Notes under the pieces: model-generated
Told to the model about the DNA's origin: nothing
What the model saw: only the letters and a program-made list of their open reading frames with translations
The model's database searches: none
NCBI RefSeq assembly: GCF_009914755.1
Contig: NC_060928.1
Source of the DNA: the human T2T-CHM13v2.0 reference genome, Homo sapiens
Strand: one strand, 5' to 3'
Length of the DNA: 64,000 bases
Shown: positions 14,565 to 28,900 of the stretch, one piece after another
Numbering within the stretch: position 1 is the first letter of the stretch
How the letters are laid out: every line of letters starts with the position of its first letter
Made by a program: the position numbers and the translations under genes

Positions 14565-16200
14565 AAAGATTTATTCATTAACTTAAAAATATTTCTTTAG
14601 AATCTGTTCTTGCCAGACACTGTCTAGGGACCAGGACCGCAGCAATGAACAAAATATTACAGTCCTGATATTACTCCCTCATGGAGCCTCAGTTCTACTG
14701 GAAGAGACTGATCAAGAAAATGTGTACAAAAAAGTCACATTTTATTTTTACCTTTTTTCTTTTCACTAAACGGTTACCATGACTATTTTAGTTTATTTCT
14801 CCTCATTTCCAATAAGACTGAGGTTTTCATTTTAACACTTTCCTTATTTGTGTCACTATCCAGAGACTTTATTGGACTATTGAGTTTGTTTCTTCTCCGT
14901 TTATATTCATCTTCCCCACATAGCTAATAATGTCTGTTCTCCTTTATGCCACATGACTTTAGATATTGTACACTAGGCTTCTTCTCTTCTCTTTATTGAA
15001 ATGTACACACGATTCTCTTGATGATCCGCCAAGGGGTCAGAGCCTCTTGCCCACTGCTAAGCTTGGGACTACCTCTTCTTGTGAAATATATGTTAATATT
15101 TTTGACCAAAATATACTAAATCATCTCCTTGTTATGTGTTCTTACATTTTTTTGTAATTTATTTCAAAATAATGTTTGTGCCACAATATTACTCACCACT
15201 CAAATCTTCATTCTCAGATATTGAAACTCAATTTTTGAACTAAATTTTTGAACTAAAATACTTCATCAAAAAAGTCTTTAATTTATTTGAGAGATGTTCT
15301 TTTCAATATTTGAAGGTTGAACATAATTCTATTACAGAAAACAAATATTTTTTCTAGATTTTTTATGAATGTTAATTAAGTTTTTATTAATTTTACTTTG
15401 CCTAAGACCACTATAAGTTCCCAAATTTTTATGTCAGGGTTCAGAAACAGAATATAACACTCTATTATATATAATTACACATAGGGAAGATCCCACAGCA
15501 TTTTCTATATTTTATAAGTAATATAAACTTTACTAGTTTTATTACTAATCTACTAATATATATAATAATTTTATATACGAATGTATAATTACAATGCTAA
15601 TTTATATACTAATATACTAATATATACTAATACTAATTATACTAGTTTTTATACTCATTTCTATACTATAAATATACTACATACTGGTATACTTTTATAT
15701 ACTAATTTTTAAGCCAGAGCTTCATTATCAACTGGTACACTCTAAGCTACTTTTTCTTTTATATCATCTATTATCTTTGTTTATGGTTTCCAAGTCTTTT
15801 CTACCCCATTAAGAATTTTCTTACAAAGTAAACCACATTGTTTCTTTTTTACTTAATTCTGTATTTCTGTCTCATTTTAATATTGTTTTGAAATATTACA
15901 AACTAGATAATAAACTGGGAAGTTTGAGGCTCTAGACAAGTTTGATGAGTAAACTCTTCTAAAAACATTGTTTATAAACATTTAAAGTAGTAAATGCCCC
16001 CATACCATTCCCTCCATTTCTCAACTCAGTATGCTACTGCTGTAAACTACCTGCTGGACAAAGCTTTTCCAGTAATTATTTATCTACCCATACTATAATT
16101 GAAGTATAATTCTTTTTATAACTGTGATATGCTAAATCAAATTGGAAGATTAATTAAAAAAAATGAATCTCCTTTTAATATTAACTATGAACTAGCCTCA

Positions 16201-16203
<3 letters not shown>

Positions 16204-16240
<37 letters not shown>
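16204..16240. repeat. (TA)n microsatellite in CSN2 intron 1
   Basis: About 18 uninterrupted TA units. Confidence 0.95.
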
Positions 16241-16243
<3 letters not shown>

Positions 16244-16475
16244 TAAAATTAGCTATTATATTTTCTTAAACTCATGAAGGCTATATGTCATTACCAAATT
16301 CTTCTGGGCACTTCTATCTTTTTTAGCCTAAGTGTTAAAAATAATCTCAGTACTACCTTAAATACTTTTATTTCAAACACTATATTTTAAGTAACTACGT
16401 TCCTTCTATAGCTCAAGCTACTTTGAAATACATGGTTAGGAGAAGATACAACAAATTTGTATCTAAAATTCTTAC

Positions 16476-16523
16476 CGTTTTTCCAAGATTGAAGAGAAGT
16501 GAAGGTAGTGCTGGATGGATGAT
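16476..16523 (-). other. CSN2: CSN2 exon 1 (non-coding)
   Basis: Donor GTAAG at 16475-16471; TATATAAA about 25-30 nt upstream; TSS approximate. Confidence 0.85.
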
Positions 16524-16545
16524 GGTCCATCAGCTTCTGTGACTG

Positions 16546-16670
16546 TTTATATACTATATTTAATGACACACTAATTTTGTGATTTGAAATAAGATCAATA
16601 GCGAGCTTTAATTCCAAGAAGTCCACATGATTAGAAAATGATTTCTGCCTATTACATATCCCCAGAAATT
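16546..16670 (-). promoter_or_regulatory. CSN2 proximal promoter: TATA box and STAT5 GAS site(s)
   Basis: TATATAAA at 16553-16546; perfect GAS TTCCAAGAA at 16612-16620 (about -90); degenerate TCCCCAGAA at 16659-16667. Confidence 0.9.
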
Positions 16671-17269
16671 CTGGGCATCATTATAACAAGGGAACAATTC
16701 ACAAGTTGATAAAAGAAACCTGTCCAGGAAATGCAATTATTCAATAACAAAAGACAATGACTGGAGGACAGTGATACTCTGGCCCTGTCCCCAAGTTATT
16801 ATGGACATAATTAGGTCTCTTTAGGGCCTAGTGGGGCCTTGAGATTTCAGTTGTGGGAAAATTGTATGTGAACGCTAGATATACACAGGGCTTCACAAAG
16901 GCCACAGTTTCATGTGAACCTAAGCAGTTGTTAGTGCTTTATGCTGAAATGAAGAAACTGACAAGATAACAAGTCCATGATGGTAGCTTAGTTATGTGAG
17001 GCAAACTGTTTCTCCCAGGGCCACTTGATTTGGAAAAAAAAATAATTTAGTTAAAACAAATACTTTGTACACAAGATAAATAAACTTTCCTCTGTAATGG
17101 AATAACTTGAAGAGGGAATCTGGGTGGCTGGTATAGGCAAAATCTTCAGTAAATCTGTAATAAAAATTTTGCAAAGTATCACGGAGTTTTATTTACCTTT
17201 TAATATTGATTATCTCTTTTCAGGTCAAGCATAATTATGATAATATTAATGATGGGTTTTTTTGCTTAG

Positions 17270-17470
17270 TTCTAACCCTTTGCCAAGCACTAAGCAAAGA
17301 TATTATCTTGTATAATCTGCACAAGAACATCATGAGGTAGCTCTCCTCTTCATATTTAGGTTGAGAAAACAGAGATGCCAAAAGGTTAAGTAACTTGCTC
17401 AAAACCATATTGTTAATGGCAAAGATACCAGTTGGACTCAGATCTGTCTGACTACATGTGATTCTGTTTG
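17270..17470. mobile_element. MIR fragment
   Basis: tgccaagcactaagc...aacatcatgaggtag...ttgagaaaacagagatgccaaaaggttaagtaacttgctcaaaacc. Confidence 0.7.
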
Positions 17471-18989
17471 ATCACATGTGAGTCTCAGAGCCCATGTTTT
17501 AACCTTCTGATAATTTTTTATAAAATTTATCTATCAATGTAGCATTTGGTTGAAATATGTACAATTTAATTATGCCTGAATTGGAAAAGTAGGGCCTCTG
17601 TGCTGTGTGTGGCAGGGGAGCTTGCCATTAAGGAACTGCTCTTTTAGTTGAGCCTTAGAGAATGAGTAGAATTTTGCGAGATGATTAAATGGGGATAGAT
17701 ATTTTGGCTGAAGAAAACACAGGAACTGAAAGAGCAACATACCAGTTTGAGGATATTCAGAGGGCATACATTGCAAGTTACAATTGCAGAGGTTTGATAG
17801 AATCAGATCATGGATGACTGTGAATGTCAGGCATGCACTGTGACATAATTCAGTGGAAGCAAATATATTAGAGATTTGAAAGAAAAATGGATTGTAAAAT
17901 TTCTTGGATTTCATGACTTTATGACAACAAATCAGGTAACCTAGTAAAGGAAGTTGTTATGTTATGTTATTGCAGTAGCCTAAGACAGACATTATGATGA
18001 TCTCAAGTAGGGAAATGGTCCTGGGCATCTTAGGCAATAAAAAGACAAACTTCTCATTAAAATACGAGAAATGTGAAAAATTGGGGAAATGAATTAATAT
18101 ATTATGCCTGAGTGACTGAAAAGTTAGCCATGTTATAAATCAAAATATGAAACCAGGCTGAAATTAGAAATGAAACACTGAGTAAAACCTTGTACGTGGT
18201 AAATTTGAAGGTGTCCAGAAGATGTTTTAAATTAAATGTGATACTCAAGAAATAATCATGAGTATAATTTTTAAAGGTAATTTCTCCCTTCAAAGGAGTA
18301 AGTGAAGGTCTCTAGGGAAAGAGTATCAAGTGAGAAAAGAAATTGTACAAAACAAAATTCAAGTATCCTTTCTTTTACAGGGGCTGGTATAGCAAAAGGA
18401 AATAGGAAAAAAAAAAACCTGCGATATCAAGAATAAGAGAGTACAGAATCCACTTCCTCTCCTTGATATCCTGCATTGCTAGAGGAAGCAAGTGAGGTCA
18501 ACAGTGAAATGCTACACAGCTGATTGAGATACACTCCAAATGGTTAAGAAGTAAGTAATTTGTGAGGAATTAAAAGTAACATATGTGTACTGCCCTTCTG
18601 AGAAACTTAGAAGAGGAGATAAGGAGAACTGTAAGATTGTGACTAGGTGTACAGGGATAATCAGAACCACGGGAAGGTATTTTTAGGGTAAGGAAGACTT
18701 GTAGCTTACAAGAAAGAGGCCAATAAGGAAAGAGTTGAAACATACCAAAGAAGTGGGAGTAAATTAATGGAACAAGTTCCTGTACAGTCATGGAGAAAAG
18801 AATAAGACCTATAAAAAATGTACCAGTTTTCCTAAGAAAACAAAAAGGAATAAGAAGATAAGTAGATATAATACATGTTTGAGATAAAAGGTAGAGAAGT
18901 TGAAGTTAAATGGTCTTAATGTTCTAGTGAGGTGAAAGGGGGAGTTCTCAACTGAAATTGAAGGACATGGTTATACATAGTTGAATCTT

Positions 18990-19392
18990 TAAGTCAACTA
19001 AGCCAGATACAGAAGGACGAATATTACACAATGTTATTTATATGTGGAATCTTGTTTTAAAAATTGAATATATAGAAACAAAGAGTAGAAGGATGGGTAT
19101 CAGGGGTTCAGGGTGGAAGATAGATAAGGAGATGTAGGTCAAAGGAAACAAAGCTGCAGTTATGTAGGATGAATAAGTTTAGACATGTAATGTACAGTGT
19201 GAGGATGATAATCATTAATATTTTATTGTATAATAAAAATTTGCTGAAAGTAGATTTTAGATGTTCTTACCACAAGATAAAAAGAGTAACCTATGTGAGG
19301 TGATGGACATATTAATTTGCTTGACTACAGTAATCATTTCACTATATAAGTATCAAAACATCATGTTGTACATCTTAAATATATGTAATTTT
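18990..19392 (+). mobile_element. L1MA 3' end fragment
   Basis: agccagatacagaaggac...gagatgtaggtcaaagga...tatcaaaacatcatgttgtacatcttaaatatatgtaatttt. Confidence 0.75.
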
Positions 19393-20914
19393 GAAAGAGC
19401 AGAAATTTTTGGTTAATGTGAAAATGAAAATGAATAACAAATCCACGAGCAATAATTATGACTTATATGAGATTATATATCAGATTTTTTTATCTAAGTA
19501 GTTGTATGGCAAGATGGCGGAGATTTAGTATCAATAGGTTAAGAGAATTGTTAGGATAGGGTTGGGATTATTAGTGTTTGTGTTAAAAATGGCAAACCAT
19601 CAGGTATTGTTTAAGCTAACATACTAAAAAGAGGGCTTGAATGACTAGAGATGGCAAGAAAGGCAAAGACCTGGCCTAAGAAGATACCAATTTTGAGAAG
19701 TACAAAAACAGAGATTTTTTCATTTGGGAATTTCAGCATTAGAAAGAAGAGAATTTCTGTATGATGACTAGATCCAAGGAATAGCCATACATTCAGAATG
19801 CTGAAAATAGGTGAACATAAAGTTTGTTAGAGGAAAATGTATTTCATATTAAATATCTATGTTTGCAGGCATTTCCTAAATTATCCAGAATGAAATGAAA
19901 AATAAAAGATACATTTGACCTCAAGGAGGTCAAAACCTTCGTGGGAAAACAGACATAAAAATCTACTTGTTACGACATGTAAGGAATATGCTAATAAAGC
20001 AGTAAGAAGGTGCAATTGACAGAAGGAGAATACTTAGTTCATTTTAGTTGATTCATGGGAGAGGAAAATAGAATCTCCATGAGGCCATGAGTCCTGAGCA
20101 GAATCTTGAAGCCAGATAAAGCAGTTAATCGAGGAGGATAGAGAATTCTAGCTAAAAATAGTTAAAGACTGTAGTCTTGGATATGAGAAACAAGTAACTA
20201 GAACTAAATCAAGTAGTGAACCTGGATAATGAAGTTCAAGGAAGAGAGAGGATGAAAATGTGAACACAAAAAGAGAAAGCAATCAGACGACGATGGACAA
20301 AGCATGCTTTGCTCCTTAGGAATGTGAATTTTATTCTGCAGATGGAGGGATCTATTGAAGAATTTAAGATGGACAGTAACATTTAGAGAATGGCTATTTT
20401 TAGAGAACAAATGATACAGGTACACATTTATTAAAATGAAACTGACCAAGTTTGAGCTCACGTTCTTTGTTTTTGTTTTGGTTTTCCAGTAGGTAAATAT
20501 TGATTGCTAATGTTTATGAAAGTACAGAAAATTGAGGCAAAAAAGAATACTGAATCCCAGAAAAGAGCAGGGTCTTGGTCAAAGTACGAAAGTAGAGACT
20601 GAGGTAGGCTTCAAAATACTTGAGTTGTGCCCATTTACAAAATAAGTCTACAAATTTCCTTGCCTCTTTAGTGATTGCTATTCATAAGTGTTTGGCTGAC
20701 TGTGTTGGATGTTACTCATTCTTATAATTTTTATTTTTTCTATTTACTGCCTATGACAGATATATTCAGGACTTAAGCACAAATAGATGCCCTTCTAAAT
20801 TAAATAAGCTGAGTATAGACCTACATAACTATTTTTCTTTATAATATACCTTGCATTAATATCATCCTAGATCTATGAATGAGGGGGACACTCCTGATTG
20901 TCACATATATTTCA

Positions 20915-21245
20915 TATTTCTCAGAAAACCCAGGTCAATGTCTACTATACATTTGAATTGTTCAGCTGATATTCATTTTATGTTCATACTGAGCCAGGAG
21001 GAAGCCAGGAAAAGAAATGATGAAATTACTCCAGCGTCCTAAGTCCAAATAGGAAAGGCCCTAGCTACCCAATGTGGCTTTGTGGTTTAGCTCTGAGTTG
21101 CCAAGGCCACAGGCAACAAAGTTAAGGTTTCTAAGAAAGTAATACAAAAACAAGCATGCCTTGTCCATTCTATATATCATTTGTTTTTTCTTAGAAAAAT
21201 GCTTTATGCATTGTGCAATAAATATAACATATCCTTGTAATGCTC
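20915..21245. promoter_or_regulatory. Distal beta-casein enhancer (BCE-like), about -4.4 to -4.7 kb
   Basis: GAS motifs TTCTCAGAA 20918-20926, TTCTAAGAA 21129-21137, TTCTTAGAA 21188-21196 and C/EBP motif TTGTGCAAT 21211-21219. The distance agrees with the described human distal enhancer. Confidence 0.8.
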
Positions 21246-21492
21246 ATCAATTTTTAGTCACACTAATCAGTATAATTACAGACTTGATTAGCCCAGAAAA
21301 GTGGGCAAAACTATGATTAAGGAAAGCACTAGAATAAGAGGCTTGCCTAAGAAAAAATTGAAAAGCCAGAGGTTTAAGATAAAACCAGGTGCTAAGAGCC
21401 CAGTAAGCATCAGAACCCAATGACAAATAAGCAAAATGTCATGTGGGGCAACCCAGGCTTTCACAATGAACAATTTAATAATTGTTATTTTC

Positions 21493-21779
21493 TGCTGGGC
21501 GCTGTGGCTCACGCCTGTAATCCCAGCACTTTGGGAGACCGAGGCGGGCGGATCACAAGGTCAGGAGATCGAGACCATCCTGGCTAACACGGTGAAACCC
21601 CGTCTCTACTTAAAATACAAAAAATTAGCCGGGTGTGGTGGTGGGCGCCTGTAGTCCCAGCTGCTTGGGAGGCTGAGGCAGGAGAATGGAGTGAACCCTG
21701 GAGGCGGAGCTTGCAGTGAGCAGAGATCGCGCCACCTGAGCGACAGAGCGAGACTCTGTCACAAAAAAAAAAAAAAGAG
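21493..21779 (+). mobile_element. AluY with TSD
   Basis: AluY-type gagaccatcctggctaacacggtgaaacccc; TSD aattgttattttc at 21480-21492 and 21780-21792; small internal deletion near the 3' end. Confidence 0.93.
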
Positions 21780-21805
21780 AATTGTTATTTTCAGAGGTAA
21801 AATTA

Positions 21806-21953
21806 GGAGGGGGGAGGAATAGCATTAGGAGACATACCTAATGTAAATGACGAGTTAATGGGTGCAGCACACCAACAGGGCACATGTATACATATGTAAC
21901 AAACCTGCACGTTGTGCACATGTACCCTAGAACTTAAAGTATAATAAAAAAAA
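21806..21953 (+). mobile_element. L1PA 3' UTR stub
   Basis: atagcattaggagacatacctaatgtaaatgacgagttaatgggtgcagc...agaacttaaagtataataaaaaaaa. Confidence 0.9.
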
Positions 21954-22830
21954 GAATTGCACCCACTGAAATTTGATAAGACAGCGCTGAACGAGAAGCA
22001 GGATATATTCAATGCAAAGAGTTCTAGTACTATTTGTTAGCAACAGAATTTGTTCACCCAATGCTCTTTTCTATATTGGGTGACGAATATGAGATACGCA
22101 AGCATGAGATGTGGGTGAAGTGTAAAGATAATAACTGCAGCCATGTAAATAAAGCCTTGAAGAAAGCAAGCAGATATGAAGGCAGGATAAAGGGTAAAAT
22201 AAAAGGACATCAAATGTTCAAGGAATAATAACTGGAAGAGGATCTACATATTGTCTATGTAACATTCCAAGGTTATTTTAGAGAAGGAAAAACTTTAGAC
22301 CTGCAAAGTTCCATAACTTGGTCAAGATTTTATCTCTAATTTACAGAGACTTTATACTGGAAACCTCTTTCTTCTAATATTTGGAATACTATTTAAAAAC
22401 TTCATCAAAATATAGAAGGAAAAAGGAAAATAAAATAAATAAATCATGGGGATTTATATAATGATTCAAATTTATGAAAAATATGACATGTAATTAACAA
22501 ATCATTATATAAAGAGAAATAGTGTAGCATTTCTTATACAGATACAGTGTTTTAATTCCTTCAATGAGATTATTTGAATATAATCAATGACATCTTCTCT
22601 GAAATATGGCTACTAAAATTAATTAATAAAGGTAATCAAGAATCATGGAATAAGAAATATGAGCTTAGAGAATACGTTCATGAAGCAGGTATCATGAAAG
22701 CGTAAAGCCCATAACCCTAATTCATAGCACACACTTCTCATTTGATACTAACTGCTTTTATTTTCCATATAATCATAAAATTTCATTCAAGCTCAGGATA
22801 CATTTATGAAGCACGTACTATACTTTAAAC

Positions 22831-22884
22831 CAGAGTTTCTTAACCTTGGCACTATTGACATTTTAGATAGGTTAATTCTTTATT
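22831..22884 (+). mobile_element. MER20 DNA transposon, left part
   Basis: cagagtttcttaaccttggcactattgacattttagataggttaattctttatt matches the MER20 start. Confidence 0.8.
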
Positions 22885-22959
22885 TATATTTATTGAAATA
22901 TTTGCTTCATTGTGGTGCTCTGGAAGTGAACCTGCAATGTCTGTGAGGTATGCCTGTAA

Positions 22960-25900
22960 ATTTTTTTCCTTGATTTTTATTTATTTTCTTTTTCTTTTTT
23001 TTTCATCTTTTGTGTAAGTTTCAAGGGATACATGCACAAGTTTGTTATGTGGGCAAATTGCATGTTGTGGAGGATTTGTATACAGATAATTTGGTCACCA
23101 AGGTAATCAGCATAATACCCATTAGGAAGTTTTTCAATCCTCACTCTCCTCCCAACCTCTAGCCTCAAGTAAACCATAATGTCTATTTTTCCATTCTTTG
23201 TGTCCATGTGTTGCTGATGTTTAGCTCCCACTTAAAAAAGTGAGAACAAGTAGTATTTGGTTTTCTGTTACTGCATTAATTTGCTCAGGGTAGCCTCCAG
23301 TTCCATCCATGTTGCTGCTAAGAACATGATATCATTCTTCTTTATAGCTGCATAGTATTAATATTATATGGTGTATCTGCACAATATTTTCTTTATCCAG
23401 TCCACCACTGATGGGCTTCTAGGTTGATTCCATGTCTTTGCTATTATTAATATTGCTGCAATGAACATACATATGCATATGTCTTTATGGCAGAGTGATT
23501 TGTATTGCTTTGGGAATATAGCCAGTAATCAGACTACTGGATTAAATGGAGCTATATTTTAAGTTATTTAAGAACTCTCCAAAATGCTTTCCACAGGGTC
23601 TGAACTAATTTACATTCCTACCAGCAGAGTATAAGCATTCCATTTTCTCTACAACCTCACCAGCATCGGTTATTTTTTGGCTTTTTAACAATAGCCATTC
23701 TGACTGGTGTGAGATGATAACTTATTGTGGTTTTGATTTGCATTTCCCTAATGATTAGTAATGTTGAGCATTGTTTCATATGATTGCTGGCCACACGTGT
23801 GTCTTCTTTTGAGAAGTATCTGTTCATGTCCTTTGCCCATTTTTAATGGGATCGTTCATTTCTTCATGTTGATTGTTTAAGTTTCTTATAGATTCTAGAT
23901 ATTAGACCTTTGTTAAGTACAAAGTTTGTAAATATTTTATCCCATTCTGTAGGTTGTCTGTTTACTCAATAGTTTCTTCTGTGTGCAGAAGCGGTTTAGT
24001 TTCATTAAGTCCCACTTATCAATGTTTTTTGTTTGTTTCTTTGTTTTTTGCAATTGTTTTGGGAGATTTTTTGGAGTCTTTGCCAAGCCAATGTCCAGAG
24101 TGGTGTTTCCTATGTTTTCTTCTGGGGTTTTTAAAGTTTTAGATTTAGATTTTACATTTAAGTCTTTAATCCAACATGAGTTAATTTCTATACATGGTGA
24201 AAAGTAGGGTCCAGTTTCAGTCTTCTGCATATTGTTAGCCAGTTATCATTTAGTGACTAGAAAGTCCATTGATCAACCAGAAAGTCCTTTCCTCATTGCT
24301 TCTTACTGTCAGCTTTATCAAAGATCTGGTCGTTGTAGGTGTGTGGCTTTATTTCCAGCTTCTCTAACCTATTCAATTGGTCTACATGTCTGTTTTTGTA
24401 CCAGTACCATGATGTGTTGATTACTTTAGCCTTGTAGTATAGTTTGAAGTCACACAGTGTGATGCCTTCAGCTTTGTTCTTTTGGCTTAAAATTGCTTTG
24501 GTTATTCAGGTTCCTTATCATTCCAAATGAATTTTAGAATTTTTTTTCTAATTCTGTGAAAAATACCATTAGTAGTTTTATAGGAATAGCATCAAATCTG
24601 TAAATTGCTCTGGGCCATATGACCATTTTAACAATATTGATTCTTTCTACCTATGAGCGTGGAATGTTTTTCCATTTGTTTGTGTAGCCGCTGAGTTCTT
24701 TCAGCAATGTTTTGTAATTCTCATTGTAGAGATCTTTTACCTCCTTGGCTAGCTGTATTTCTCGGTATTATATTCATTTTGTGGCGACTGTGAATGGAAT
24801 TGCATCCTTGATTTGGCTCTCAGATTGGATGTTATTGGTGTACATAAATGCTACTGAGATTTACACATTGAGTTTGTATTCTGAAACTAACTCAAACAAA
24901 ATTTGCCGAAGTTGTTTATCATATCTGTAAGTCTTTGGGCAGAGACTATGGGGTTTTTCTAAGTATAGAATCATAACATCTGAGAAGAAAGATAATTTGA
25001 CTTCCTTTCTTCCTATTTGGATGCCTTATATTTCTTTTGTCTGCTTGCTCTGGATATGACTACCAATACTATGTTGAATAGGAGTGACAAGAGTAAATCT
25101 CCTTGTCTTGTTCTGGTTCGCAAGGAGAATGCTTCCAGTTTTTGGCCATTCATTATGATGTTGGCTGTGGGTTTGTCAGACATTGCTCTTATCATTTTGA
25201 GATATGTACCTTTGATACCTAGTTTGTTAAGGGTTTTTTAAATGAAAGGATATTGAATTTTATCTAACACTTTTTATGAGTCTATTGAAATGATTATATG
25301 GGTTATGTTTTTATTTCTGTTTATGTGAAGAATCACATTTATTGATTTGTTTATGTTGAACCAAACTTGCATCCCAATAATAAAGCCTACTTGATCATGG
25401 TGGATTAGCTTTTTGATGTGCTACTGTATTCACTTTGCTAGTATTTTATGGAGGACTTTTGCATCTATGTTCATCAGGGGTATTGGCATAAAGTTTTCTT
25501 TTTTATGTGTGTCTCTGCCTGGTTTTGGATGAAAATGATGCTGGCTTCATAGAATAAGTTATGAGCAAGTCCCTCTTTTTTAACTTTTTGGAATACTTTC
25601 AGTAGGACTGGTGCCAGCTCTTCTTTATATGTCTTGCAGAATTCAGTTGTAAATGCATCTGCTTCAGGGCTTTTTCTGGTTGGAAGATTTTTTATGACTT
25701 ACTCAATTTCAGAACTCATTATTGTTCTTTCGGGGTTTCAATTTCTTCCTGGCTCAATTATGGGAGAATATATTTTTCTAGGAATCTCTCCATTTCTTCT
25801 AATGTTTCTAATTTGTGTACTTACAAGTGTTCATAAAAGCTTCTGAGGGTTTTTTTTAATATTTCTATGGGGTTGGTGGCAATGTCGCCTTTGTCATTCC

Positions 25901-28900
25901 TGATTGTGTTTATTTGGATCTTCTCATTTTCTTTTTTCTTATTAGTCTAGCTAGAAGGCTATCAGTCTTATTAATTCTTTCAAAGAACCATCTCCTGGAT
26001 TCATTAATCTTTCATATGATGTTTCTCATCTCCATTTCATTCACTTAAGCTTTGATTTTGGTTATTTCTTTCTTCCGTTAGTTTTAGGGTTGGTTTGCTC
26101 TTGTTTGTCCAGGGCCTCTAGATGTGATGTTAAGTTGTTAATTTGAGATCTTTCTAACTTTTTGATGTGGGTGTTTAGCATTATAAACTTTCCTCAGCAC
26201 TGCATTATCTATGTCTCAGAGATTCTGGTATGTTTTATCTCCGTTTTCATTCATTTCAAATAATTTCTAGATTTCTGCTTTAATTTCTTTGTTGGCCTGA
26301 AAGTCATTCAGGAACAGGTTGTTTAATTTCTATTTAATTTTATAGTTTTGAGAGATCTTGTTATTGATATCTATTTTTATTACGCTGTGGTCTTAGAGTG
26401 TGGTTGATATGCGTGTTAGTCCATTCTTGCATTGCTGTTAAAATACTTGAGACTGGATAATTTATAAAGAAAAGAGGCTTAATAGGCTTATGGTTCTGCA
26501 GGCTGTACAGGAAGCATAGCACCGGCATCTGCTTCTGGGGAGGCCTCTGGAAGCTTACAATCATGGAGGAAGGCAAAGTGGGAGGTTGAACATCACACAG
26601 CAAGTCAGGAGCAATAGTGAAAGAGTGCAGGTGCTACGCACTTTTAAACTGCCAGATCTTATGAGAACTCGCTCAGTATTGACAGGACAGTACTAAAAGA
26701 GCTGATGCTAAAGCATTCATGAGAAATCTGCCCCCATGATTTAATCTCCTCCTTTCAAACCCCTCCTCCCACATTGAGGTTACATTCCAATGTGAGATTC
26801 AGTCAGAGACGCACATCCAAATTATATCAGTATGATTTAGGTTTTGGTTTTTTTATTTGAGAGAATTGTTTAATGGCTGAGAATGTAGTTGATTTTATAG
26901 TATGTGCCATGTGCACATGAGGAGAATGTATATTCTGTTGTTGTGTTTAGTATTCTCTAGATGTATTTTAGGTCCATTAGGTTAAGTGTCAAGTTTAGGT
27001 CTCGAATATTTTGTTAGTGTTCTACCCTCAATGATTTCTCCAATACTGTCAGTGGGGTATTGAATTTTCCCACGATTATTGTGTGGTTATTTAAGTCTCT
27101 TCAACAATCTTTAAGAACTTGTTTTATGAATTTGGGTGCTTCAGTGTTAGGGGCATATTTATTTAGTATATTTAAATCTTCTTGTTGAATTGAACACTTC
27201 ATTATTATGTAGTGCTCTTATTTGTCCTTCTTGATCATTGTTGATTTAAAGTCTGTTTTGTCTTAAATAAGGATAGCAATCCCTGTTTTTGTTTTGTTTT
27301 GTTTTGTTTCTGTTCCCTTAATACATCTTTCTCCATTCCTTTACTTTGAGCCTATGAGTGTCCCTGCATATGAGATGAGTCTCTTGAAGATATCATGCAG
27401 TTGAGTCTTCCTTCCTTATTCAACTTGCCATTTTTTGCCTTTTAAGTGGGGTGTTTAGACCATTTACATTCAAGGTTAATATTGATAGAAGCAGATTTAT
27501 AATGTCATAGTGTTATTAGCTGGTTGTTATATAGACTTGATTGTGTATTTGCTTTATACTGTTGATGGTCTATGTATTTGAAAGTTTTGTGTGTGTGTGT
27601 GTGTGTGTGCCCAGTGACAGTCTTTCATTTCCAAGTTTAGCACTCCCTTTAAGGACCTTTTGTGAGGCAGATCTGATAGTAAAAAATTCCCTCAGTATTT
27701 ATTTGTCTGAAGTATTTTATTTCTCTTTTGCTTATGAAGCTTAGTTTGGCTGGATATAAATTTTTTATTGGAATTTCTTTTCTTTAAGGGCGATGAATAT
27801 AGGCCCCCAATCTCTTCTGGCTTGTAGAGTTTTTGCTGAAAAGTCTGCTATTAGCCTGATGGAGTTCCTTTTGCAGGTGAACTGCTCTTTCTCTCTTGCT
27901 GCCTTTAATATTTTTTCTTTTGCTTTGATCTTAAAGATCCCGATGAGTATGTGTCTTGGGGATGGTCGTCTCATGTAGTATATCATAGGGGTTCTCTGAA
28001 TTACCTAAATTTGCATCTTGACCTCTCTAGCGAGGTTCACACATTCAAATATGTGACCACATATTCAAATATATTTTCCAAGTTGTTTGCTCTCTCTCCC
28101 TTTCTTTCAGAGACACCAATGAGTTATAGATTTGGTCTCCTTACATAATCCCATATTTCTCAGAGATTGTGTTTATTATTTTAATTTTTTTCTTTATTTT
28201 TGTCCGACTGAGTTAATTCAAAGAAACTGTCTCTAAGCTCTGAGATTCATTCCTCAGCTTAATGTATTCTGTTGTTAATATTTCTGTTTGTTTGTATTAT
28301 GAAATTCTTGTAAGTGAGCTTTCCAGCTCTACCAACTCAGTTGGCTTCATTCTTAAAATGACTATTTTGCCTTTCATCTCTTGAATCATTTCACTGGATT
28401 CTTTAGATTCCTTAGAATGGGTTTCAACTTTCTCCTAAATTTTTATGATCTTTATTGCCATCCAGATTCTGGATTCTATGTCTATCATTTCAATCATTTC
28501 ATTCTGGCTAACAGCTATTGCTGGGGAGCTAGTGTGATCATTCAGAGATTAGAAGACACTGTGGCTTTTGGAGTTGCCAGAGTTCTTGTAGTGGTTCTTT
28601 CTCAACTGTGTGGGCTGATGTTCTCTTAACTGTGGTGTAATTTGAGTACAGTCAGTTGCCTTCACTTCCAGATCCTTTCAGAGGATAGAGGCTTTGTGCA
28701 GGCTCTTTATTTGTGGCTGAATTCTTGTCTTTGATTTCACAGGGAGGAATATTAGTAAAGTATTTTTGGTGTTGGAGTTTGGGCTGTGATTTAGTAGATG
28801 GCGCTTAAGCATAATGGCCAGTAGGTCGGCTCCTGCTCATCTAGGTGGCTCCTTTGTATTTCCTTGCATTTTCAGCCATGTTCCCACTCAGTGCTCTGAG

